DNA of 64,000 nucleotides from an uncultured Bacillales bacterium (GTDB lineage Bacteria; Bacillota_I; Bacilli_A; RF39; UBA660): NCBI GenBank assembly GCA_905206805.1, contig CAJLIR010000002.1, positions 26,999 to 90,998 of the forward strand, read 5' to 3'. Shown piece by piece: positions 56,033 to 64,000 of this stretch (position 1 is its first letter; each line of letters starts with the position of its first letter). The notes under the pieces were generated by a model. It saw only the letters and a program-made list of their open reading frames with translations, ran no database searches and was not told where the DNA came from. The position numbers and the translations under genes were made by a program.

Positions 56033-56932
56033 ATGTTAATTGTTGATAAAATTACAAAATATTATGGTGATTTTAAAGCGGTAGATAATTTATCATTTAA
56101 AGTAAAAGAGGGTGAAATATTTGGTCTTTTAGGTGTAAATGGAGCCGGAAAAACTACTACATTTAGAATGATTATGGGACTTTTAGAACCGACTAGTGGT
56201 AGTATTACTTTAGATGGTAAAAAAATTGATTATTCAGTTACTGATAAAATTGGCTTTTTAACTGAGGAGAGAAGTTTATTACTTAAAATGACAGTTAAAG
56301 AACAATGTTTATTTTATGGTACTTTAAAAGGTATGAGTGAAAATGATATTTTAACTAAACTTGATACTTTATTAAATCGTTTTAATATTAGTGAATATAA
56401 GGATAAAAAAATAAAGGAATTATCGAAAGGTAATCAACAGAAAGTACAATTTATAACAGCTATTATAAATGATCCAAAATTACTTATTTTAGATGAACCA
56501 TTTTCGGGACTAGATCCTATTAATATTGAATTATTTAAAAATGTTATACTTGAAATGTCTAAAAAAGGTAGTATGATTATATTTTCATCTCATCAGATGA
56601 ATCATGTTGAGTTATTTTGTAAAAAAATAGTAGTTATGTTAAGAGGTAAAGCAGTGCTTGATGGATATATTAGTGATATAAAAGAACAATATAGAAAGAA
56701 AAATATTCTAATTAAAGCTGAAATTCAAAAAGATGTGTTAGAGAGTATTGATGGTGTTTTATCAGTAACAGAAAAAGCTGATGAATTTGAGGTTAAAATA
56801 GAAAATTCTGATATTGTAGATAATGTATTTAAAGTAGTTAGTAAATGTAAATGTGTTACTAAATTTGTTGTAGAAGAACCATCATTAAATGAAATTTTTG
56901 TTGAGAGGGTTGGTGAAAGCTATGAAAAGTAA
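56033..56932 (+). CDS. ABC transporter ATP-binding protein (ABC-2/NatA-like)
   Basis: GVNGAGKTT, LSKGNQQKVQF, and LLILDEPFSGLD motifs. Confidence 0.9.
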   Translation: MLIVDKITKYYGDFKAVDNLSFKVKEGEIFGLLGVNGAGKTTTFRMIMGLLEPTSGSITLDGKKIDYSVTDKIGFLTEERSLLLKMTVKEQCLFYGTLKGMSENDILTKLDTLLNRFNISEYKDKKIKELSKGNQQKVQFITAIINDPKLLILDEPFSGLDPINIELFKNVILEMSKKGSMIIFSSHQMNHVELFCKKIVVMLRGKAVLDGYISDIKEQYRKKNILIKAEIQKDVLESIDGVLSVTEKADEFEVKIENSDIVDNVFKVVSKCKCVTKFVVEEPSLNEIFVERVGESYEK

Positions 56933-58235
56933 ATTGAACTACTTAATTGGAATGAGTTTAAATAGAAAAATAAAAACTAAATGGTTTTTAGTTGCTAATA
57001 TAATTATAGCAATTGTAATTGTTGGTGTAATTAATATAGATAGTATTATAACTTTTTTTGGAGGAGATTTCTCGTCAGCTCAAAAAGTATATGTTATCGA
57101 TAATACAGATAAATCTTATGATATTTTAGAAGAACAATTAAATGCATCAGGTCTTGAAATAGTTGATAGTGATACAAAAAAATTTGATGTTGAAAAAACT
57201 GATAAAACTGCTAATGAAATAATAGAAGAAGATAAGAAATCAATTGTAATAGAATTAAATGAAAGTGAGACTAATGAATTAAAAGCTAAAATAATAAGTC
57301 AAAGTTTTATTGAGGCAATTGATTATCAACTTATAACTAATGCTTTAACTAATACGAAAGTTAGTTTAAATATCTTATCTTCTGATATATCTATTGAAGA
57401 GATTAATAAATTATATGAACCAATTGAAATTGAACGCGAAATTTTAAATGAATCTGAAAAATCTGAAGATGAAAATACAAATATGATTATGACAACTGTT
57501 TTTCCAGTAATTATCTTACCATTTTTTATGTTATCAATTTTCTTAGTTCAAATGATTGGCGCAGAAGTTAATGATGAAAAAACAACTAGAGGAATGGAAA
57601 TAATTATTTCTAATGTGTCACCAAAAACTCATTTTGCTTCTAAAGTAATAGCTGGAAACTTATTTGTTTTAATTCAAGGAATTTTACTTGTTTTATTTGC
57701 GACTATTGGATTTTTTGTAAGAAAGTTAGTAGGTGGAAGCAATATTGCTAATGGACTTGGAACAGAAGTAAGTAATGTAATAAATGATATTTTATCATCT
57801 AGTTTAGGTAGCCAGTTAATTTATATAATACCTCTTGTTTTAATTTTAATGATTTTAACATTTATAGCTTATTCGCTTATGGCAGGGGTGTTAGCTTCTA
57901 TGACAACTAATACTGAAGATTTTCAACAACTTCAAACTCCTATTATGATTATATCGCTTGTAGGATATTATCTAGCTATGATGGCATCTGTATTTAATGG
58001 AGCACTATTTATAAAAATATTTGCATTTATACCATTTATTTCAGCTATTTTAGCGCCTTCATTATTAATGTTAGGTCAAATTGGAATTTTTCAAATGATA
58101 ATATCAATTTTGATTATGGTTTTAACAAACTATTTACTAATAAAATATGGTATGAGAATTTATAAAGTTGGTATTTTAAATTATTCATCAAAAGGATTAT
58201 GGAAAAAAATGTTTAAGGCGGCTAAAAGTGAGTAA
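56922..58235 (+). CDS. ABC-2 type permease (NatB/YhaP-like)
   Basis: N-terminal TM, a large extracellular loop, then a 5-6 TM block. Coupled to the ATPase. Confidence 0.75.
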   Translation: MKSKLNYLIGMSLNRKIKTKWFLVANIIIAIVIVGVINIDSIITFFGGDFSSAQKVYVIDNTDKSYDILEEQLNASGLEIVDSDTKKFDVEKTDKTANEIIEEDKKSIVIELNESETNELKAKIISQSFIEAIDYQLITNALTNTKVSLNILSSDISIEEINKLYEPIEIEREILNESEKSEDENTNMIMTTVFPVIILPFFMLSIFLVQMIGAEVNDEKTTRGMEIIISNVSPKTHFASKVIAGNLFVLIQGILLVLFATIGFFVRKLVGGSNIANGLGTEVSNVINDILSSSLGSQLIYIIPLVLILMILTFIAYSLMAGVLASMTTNTEDFQQLQTPIMIISLVGYYLAMMASVFNGALFIKIFAFIPFISAILAPSLLMLGQIGIFQMIISILIMVLTNYLLIKYGMRIYKVGILNYSSKGLWKKMFKAAKSE

Positions 58236-58650
58236 GATAAAAAATAAATTAATTTTAAGTTTAGTTTTAATTTTTTCCATAACAGGATGTAATAATAATT
58301 ATGAAGCAAATATAGATACAAATAAACTATGTAATTGTAACAAGATAGAAAATTGTGAATGTAAAGGTTTATATCAAACAATTGATTATAATGAAGCCAA
58401 AGATTTAATTTATAATGGAAATACATTTTTAATTGATGTAAGAAGTGAAATTGAATATAATAATTCCCATATAAAGGGCGCTATTTCAATACCATTAGAT
58501 GAGATAGAAAATATTAATTATGCTAAAAATATTAATTTAATTGTATATTGCAGAAGTGGATCACGTAGTAAAACTGCCGCTTTAAAATTATTAGATTTAG
58601 GATACGTTAATGTTTATGACCTAGGTAGTATGGATAATTGGCAAGAATAA
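58228..58650 (+). CDS. Rhodanese-domain lipoprotein
   Basis: Lipobox FSITGC and rhodanese active-site loop CRSGSRS. Confidence 0.8.
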   Translation: MSKIKNKLILSLVLIFSITGCNNNYEANIDTNKLCNCNKIENCECKGLYQTIDYNEAKDLIYNGNTFLIDVRSEIEYNNSHIKGAISIPLDEIENINYAKNINLIVYCRSGSRSKTAALKLLDLGYVNVYDLGSMDNWQE

Positions 58651-58715
58651 TCAAAAATTACAAAAAAGTAATTAAATAAAATAATTTTTGTAGTATAATT
58701 ATATTTGGTGGTTAT

Positions 58716-59420
58716 ATGAAAAAAATTATTTTTTTGTGCATTTTGGCACTTATAAGTCTTACAGCAATAATAATTAAAAATCCTTTGAAAGTTAATAAAT
58801 CTGATTTAGATTTACGTAATTTTGATGTAGATTTAGAAAATATTGATAAAGTTATGATTGTAGCCCATCCAGATGATGATATGATATGGGGAGGATCACA
58901 CCTAATTGATGATGATTATTTAGTTGTTTGTATTACTTGTGGTGGTAGAGAAGATAGAGTTTTAGAATTTAAAAATGTTATGAATGCTACAGGTGATAAG
59001 TATATTATGCTTGATTATCCAGATAAAACTAATGGTGAACGAGATAATTGGGATACTGTTTATAGTGATATAACAAAAGATATTGAAAGAATTCTTGCAA
59101 TGAAAGATTGGAAGTTAATAGTTACTCATAATGAAAATGGAGAATATGGTCATATTCATCATAAAATGACACATTCCATTGTAAAAAACGTATATGAAAA
59201 TAACTATTTAGATAAAGACAATTTATATTTTTTTGGTAAATATTATAAAGCGGATAAAATTGATGAAGTAAAGGATAATTTAGAAGAAATTAGTGAAGAA
59301 AATTATAACAAAAAGGACGAAATAATTTATAAATACTATACTAGTCAAAAATCTGTTGCAGATGGATTACATCATATGTTTAAGTATGAAAATTGGATAA
59401 AATTTGAAAAAGAAGCATAG
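58716..59420 (+). CDS. PIG-L/LmbE-family N-deacetylase (secreted or membrane-anchored)
   Basis: VAHPDDD motif and a later HxxH (HIHHKMTH). N-terminal signal/TM. Confidence 0.75.
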   Translation: MKKIIFLCILALISLTAIIIKNPLKVNKSDLDLRNFDVDLENIDKVMIVAHPDDDMIWGGSHLIDDDYLVVCITCGGREDRVLEFKNVMNATGDKYIMLDYPDKTNGERDNWDTVYSDITKDIERILAMKDWKLIVTHNENGEYGHIHHKMTHSIVKNVYENNYLDKDNLYFFGKYYKADKIDEVKDNLEEISEENYNKKDEIIYKYYTSQKSVADGLHHMFKYENWIKFEKEA

Positions 59421-59431
59421 AAGAGGTATAT

Positions 59432-62419
59432 ATGAATAAATTAAACAAAAAAGACTATTTAAATTTAACTATTTTAGCCCTATTTGTTTTTTTCATTGTA
59501 TTAATTATTACAAGAGGAGAATATATATATGGCTCTACTACTGATTGGAAAGATCAACATTATCTTTTAGCAGAGTATTTTAGAAATTTATTTTATCAAA
59601 CTGGTAATTTAATTCCAGAATTTGCTTTAAATATTGGTGGAGGACAAAATATTTTTAACTTTGCTTATTATGGACTTTTAAATCCAATAATAATACTTTC
59701 TTATTTTTTACCATTTATTGATATGATGCATTATGTAATTATATCAAGTATATTAATTGTAATTATAAGTTCTATATTATTTTATAAATGGTTAAAAAAT
59801 AATAATGTTAAAACTAGTATTTGTTTCCTTTCAACATTTATATTTACCTCTGCTTCTCCTTTAATTCTACATAGCCATAGACATATTATGTTTATGAATT
59901 ATATGCCATTTTTATTATTAGGATTAATAGGAATTGATAAGTATTTTAAAGATAAAAAATTCTATTTAATTACAATATCAACTTTTTTAATGATTTTCAC
60001 TAGTTATTATTATAGTGTTTCAGGAATAGTTGTTTTAGGTATTTATTATATTTATAAATATTTAAAAGAAAATGAAAAATTTATTATAAAAGAGTTTTTA
60101 ATTAGTATTTTAAAATTCGCATATTTTATTTTTCTTGGAATTATGATTGCGTCTATTTTATTACTCCCTGTTTTTTCAACAATATTAAATGGACGTGTTA
60201 ATACAACAAAAGACTTAAATTTATTATCACTATTTATTCCCAAAATAGATATAGGATATGTTTTATATAACAGTTATGGTATTGGTCTAACAAGTATTTC
60301 TATAATTTCTTTAATTAGTTTAATATTTGATACTAAAAAAGAAAAAAAGTTTTTAGCGTTTACTCTTATAGCAATTTTTTGTATTCCATTATTTCTATAT
60401 ATATTAAATGGTACACTTTATATTAACGCTAAAGTATTAATTCCATTATTACCACTTATGTGTTATATAATTAGTTTATGTTTGACTAAAATTGAAGACT
60501 TAAAAATTCCAACAAAAAAAATAGTCATTGTGATGTTAGCTTTAATTGTAATAAGTTTCTTTACAAGTAGTAAAAATGTATTTATGTCATTTTTGATTGA
60601 TAGTATTATAGTATTAATAAGTATAATTTTATATAATTTAAAAAATAAAAAACAAATAATTTATATTCCTTTAATACTAATTACTATAATTAATTGTGTT
60701 GTTGTAAATTTTGATGATACTTTGTATTTAAAGAGTGATTACGAGAAAGACTTTAATTCATCAATTGAAGAAGATATTAACGATATTACTGATAATGATA
60801 AAACAATTTATCGTATTAATAATAATTTGAGTCCATTATCAACAAGTAACAAAATTTATAATATGCATTATTATAGCTCAAGTTTATATTCATCTACATA
60901 CAATGGAAATTATAATAATTTTTATGTTAATGTATTTCAAAATGAAATTCCATATAGAAATTCAGTAATTAATGGTGAAACAAATAACTTATTATATCAA
61001 ATATATATGGGAGAAAAATACATAATTACAAAAAATAAAGCAAATTTAGGTTATGAATTAATAAAAGAAAGTGATAACTATAATATTTATAAAAATACTA
61101 ATTCATTACCAATTGGATATGCAAGTTCGGAAATATTAAATTTTGAAGAATATAAGAAACTAAACTATCCATATAATGTTGAAGCTTTACTTAATAAGAT
61201 TATTGTAGGTAAACCATCTAGTGAACTAACTTATAGTGATAATTCAGAAAATAACAGTTTTTCTTCAAAAATAGAAAATTATGATATTTCTACTTTAAAA
61301 GATAAATTTTCTGATTTAAATATTGAAAATAGTGATGGTTCATATCATTTTAAATTAGAAGAAAATAAAAAAATCACTGTACCACTTGAAAACAAAATAG
61401 AAAATAAAATACTAATTGTTTCATTTGATATGAAATTATCTCAAAAGTGTTCGGTAGGAGATACTTATATTATTATAAATGGTATAAAAAATAAACTTAC
61501 TTGCAAAAGTTGGAAGTACCATAATAATAATTATGAATTTAATTATGTTTTATCGACACCTAATATTGATGAGTTAAATATTGAATTTAGTAAGGGTGAA
61601 TTTTTAATAGATAACATAAAACTTTATACACTTGATTATGATAATTTGACAAATATAAGTAAAAATATTGATGAGTTCAAAATTGATTATAATAAAACAA
61701 TTGGTAATAAAATTGTTGGTAATATTAATGTTAGTAATGACGGATATTTTATTTTAAAAGTTCCTTATGATAAAGGATTTAATATTTATATTGATTCAGA
61801 AAAAGTTAAATTAGAAAATGTTAATGATGGATTTATAGGCACTAAAATAAGTAGTGGAGAACACAATATAGAAATTGTATATCATACGCCATTTTTAATA
61901 CTATCCAAAATAATTTCTTTAATAGGTATTATTATGTTTGTTATTTCAATTTTAATTAATAAAAATTACGAAAAAGTAAAACAATATGTTTTAAATAACA
62001 AATTAGTTAAATTTGGATTAAAAAAATATAGGCAATACGAAGAAATAATTAATTATTTATTTATGGGTGGTTGTACTACTATTGTTAGTATCGGTACATA
62101 TACAATATGTTCAAGTTTATTTCATATTCATTATCAAGTTAGTAATGTAATATCTTGGTGTTTTGCGGTTATTTTTGCTTATATTACAAACAAATTATTT
62201 GTATTTAAAGCAAAAAATAATGATAAAATATTATATGAAATATATCAGTTTGTAAAATTCCGTATATTATCTTTACTAATTGATATGGCATCAATGTATG
62301 TATTAGTTGACTTATTTAAAATTAATGATTTAATTTCTAAAATATTAGTTCAAGTAATAGTTGTTGCCCTAAATTATATATTTAGTAAATTGTTTATTTT
62401 TAAGAAAAATAAAAATTAA
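59432..62419 (+). CDS. YfhO-family membrane glycosyltransferase fused to a C-terminal GtrA-like domain
   Basis: About 13 TM YfhO-type N-terminal region and a large extracytoplasmic domain. The last ~130 aa have four TM helices and NYLFMGG...ITNKLFVFK, typical of GtrA. Confidence 0.7.
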   Translation: MNKLNKKDYLNLTILALFVFFIVLIITRGEYIYGSTTDWKDQHYLLAEYFRNLFYQTGNLIPEFALNIGGGQNIFNFAYYGLLNPIIILSYFLPFIDMMHYVIISSILIVIISSILFYKWLKNNNVKTSICFLSTFIFTSASPLILHSHRHIMFMNYMPFLLLGLIGIDKYFKDKKFYLITISTFLMIFTSYYYSVSGIVVLGIYYIYKYLKENEKFIIKEFLISILKFAYFIFLGIMIASILLLPVFSTILNGRVNTTKDLNLLSLFIPKIDIGYVLYNSYGIGLTSISIISLISLIFDTKKEKKFLAFTLIAIFCIPLFLYILNGTLYINAKVLIPLLPLMCYIISLCLTKIEDLKIPTKKIVIVMLALIVISFFTSSKNVFMSFLIDSIIVLISIILYNLKNKKQIIYIPLILITIINCVVVNFDDTLYLKSDYEKDFNSSIEEDINDITDNDKTIYRINNNLSPLSTSNKIYNMHYYSSSLYSSTYNGNYNNFYVNVFQNEIPYRNSVINGETNNLLYQIYMGEKYIITKNKANLGYELIKESDNYNIYKNTNSLPIGYASSEILNFEEYKKLNYPYNVEALLNKIIVGKPSSELTYSDNSENNSFSSKIENYDISTLKDKFSDLNIENSDGSYHFKLEENKKITVPLENKIENKILIVSFDMKLSQKCSVGDTYIIINGIKNKLTCKSWKYHNNNYEFNYVLSTPNIDELNIEFSKGEFLIDNIKLYTLDYDNLTNISKNIDEFKIDYNKTIGNKIVGNINVSNDGYFILKVPYDKGFNIYIDSEKVKLENVNDGFIGTKISSGEHNIEIVYHTPFLILSKIISLIGIIMFVISILINKNYEKVKQYVLNNKLVKFGLKKYRQYEEIINYLFMGGCTTIVSIGTYTICSSLFHIHYQVSNVISWCFAVIFAYITNKLFVFKAKNNDKILYEIYQFVKFRILSLLIDMASMYVLVDLFKINDLISKILVQVIVVALNYIFSKLFIFKKNKN

Positions 62420-62550
62420 TAACTAAAAAATCCCATTTTAATTTTAAAAACATATGAATTTTTTCATGTGTTTTTTAATACAAAATATTCATACTTTGAA
62501 TTTACTTATTGACTTATAAATGATATAATTATAAAGATTGGAGGATAGTT

Positions 62551-63652
62551 ATGGAAATAAATGAATTGTACAATATTTATAATAACTATTTAGAACGAAT
62601 AAATGATTTATGGAGGTCACTTTGAACCTGATAAAAAAATTCAGAAAATAAAAGAATTAGAATCACAAATGGATGAGACTAATTTTTGGCAAGATAAAAG
62701 ACGTAGTGAAAAAGTAATAAACGACCTAAATTATTTAAAAAAGCAGCTAAATGAAGTAGAAGAATGTAAAAAAAATGTTGAAAATGATATTGAAACTATT
62801 AGCTTGTTAAAAAATGAATTTGATCTTGAATTAGTTAAAATATTGCAAGAACAAATTGAAGTATTGGATAAAAGAATAGAAAATTTGGAAATATCTTTAT
62901 TATTAAGTGGTAAGTATGATTCATTTGACGCTATAGTTGAAATTCATAGTGGAGCAGGTGGAACAGAAGCCTGTGATTGGGCAATGATGCTAAAGAGAAT
63001 GTATGTCAGATGGTGTGATACAAAAGGATACAAAATAGAGTTAATTGATGAACAGCGTGGGGATGAGGTTGGCATAAAAAGTTCAACAATCATTGTTCAC
63101 GGAATTAATAGTTATGGATATTTAAAAGGTGAAAAAGGAGTTCATAGATTAGTTAGAATTTCACCATTTGATTCTAATTCTAGACGTCATACCTCGTTTG
63201 CTTCAGTTGATGTTACACCATTATTCGATAATAAAGATATTAATATCGAAATACAAGAATCGGATATAAGAGTAGATGTTTATAGATCAAGTGGGTGTGG
63301 TGGACAAGGAGTTAATACAACTGATAGTGCAGTTAGAATTACTCATTTTCCAAGTAAAATAGTTGTTACATGTCAAAATGAAAGAAGTCAAATTCAAAAT
63401 AAAGAAAAGGCTTTGGAAATATTAAAAAACAAGTTATATCAATTAGAGTTAGAAAAAAAACAAAATGATTTGAAAGAATTTAAAGGTGATTTAATGGATA
63501 TAAACTTTGGCTCACAAATAAGAAGTTATATAATGCATCCATATTCACTAGTAAAAGATCATAGAACAAATGCAGAAACTAGTAATGTTTTAAAAGTTTT
63601 AGATGGTGATATAGACTTATTTATCACATCATATTTAAAAAGGAGAAGTTAG
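62551..63652 (+). CDS. prfB: Peptide chain release factor 2, with programmed +1 frameshift at 62620-62625
   Basis: Frame 0 runs ATG 62551 ... TGG AGG TCA CTT TGA. GGAGG lies 3 nt upstream of the CTT TGA slippery/stop site. The +1 frame continues EPDKK... to the SPF and GGQ motifs (RISPFD, SGCGGQGVN). Confidence 0.9.
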
Positions 63653-63653
63653 T

Positions 63654-64000
63654 ATGTTGTTTAAGAAAAAACACGATGAAAATATTTTAAAAAAAATATA
63701 TAAACGTGATAGATTGAAACGTTATTCACAATTTATAATAGGAATTATAATATCTGCTATTGCTTATAATGTATTTATGCTTCCAAGTTCTGTTGTTTAT
63801 GGTGTTGGAGGAGTAGGTGTTATATTTAAGCAATTATTTGATTTTAATCCATCATATGTTATATTGGTAGGATCTATTATTTTGTTGATTTTGAGTTTTA
63901 TTTTATTAGGCGTAGAAAAAACAAAAAATTCAATTATTGGTTCACTTTTATATCCTATATTTGTAGAATTAACAAGTTTTATACCAAAATATATAAATTT
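63654..64000 (+). CDS. YitT-family membrane protein (3' end cut by window edge)
   Basis: RLKRYSQFIIGIIISAIAYNVFMLPSSVVYGVGGVGVI matches the YitT/DUF2179 N-terminal pattern. Confidence 0.65.
   Translation, partial: MLFKKKHDENILKKIYKRDRLKRYSQFIIGIIISAIAYNVFMLPSSVVYGVGGVGVIFKQLFDFNPSYVILVGSIILLILSFILLGVEKTKNSIIGSLLYPIFVELTSFIPKYIN

Noticed and set aside
1-64000. Alternative genetic code (TGA = Trp, Mollicutes-like), given the extreme AT content
   Set aside because: TGA terminates well-defined genes (for example 52588-52590). The RF2 gene with its TGA-dependent frameshift site is present. In-frame TGA is absent from the conserved genes I read.
1-64000. CRISPR arrays, tRNA or rRNA genes, IS elements
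   Set aside because: I saw no regularly spaced direct repeats, no tRNA-like GC-rich cloverleaf segments, and no transposase ORFs. The only recombinase is the serine recombinase at 43939-45588.

Overview
Very AT-rich Firmicutes chromosome segment, almost entirely + strand. It shows Bacillus-like housekeeping synteny (6S RNA-tcdA-rsmE-mtaB-recD2, yrrN/yrrO-like U32 pair-greA-tig, rpsU-yqeY, prfB) and sporulation genes (yunB, yutD, spoVD, cse60). A spore-forming Erysipelotrichia/Clostridia-like organism is my inference only. Standard genetic code: TGA acts as a stop and RF2 is present.

Main result: a SpoVD-type class B penicillin-binding protein gene is cut in two at 28700/45571 by a 16.87 kb integrative element.
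- The element has a 5 bp junction repeat (ATACA) and perfect 13 bp terminal inverted repeats centred on a CA dinucleotide.
- A large serine recombinase gene at the right end reads across attR.
- This is the architecture of skin-like developmentally excised elements.
- The cargo has no phage or conjugation genes. It is a dense set of nucleotide/NAD-type enzymes: an ASCH-cytidine deaminase fusion behind a leader-peptide attenuator, a second ASCH protein, 2 GNATs, 2 NUDIX, 2 metallophosphoesterases, a MazG-radical SAM fusion, GT2, CDP-glucose synthase, a Tmk-like kinase, a protein with diphtheria-toxin/PARP-like H-Y-E motifs, and a CitC-like ligase.
- A maintenance module follows: RHH repressor with four 12-mer operator/iteron repeats, an HTH protein, and two tiny promoter-plus-terminator units.

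Other notable items:
- type IV pilus genes, including a 610 aa pilin with an FGE-sulfatase-like domain and an anomalous GC-rich 3' tail
- an unannotated double-glycine bacteriocin locus
- a 6S RNA
- the prfB +1 frameshift

All calls come from reading the sequence and from remembered family motifs. No searches were run.
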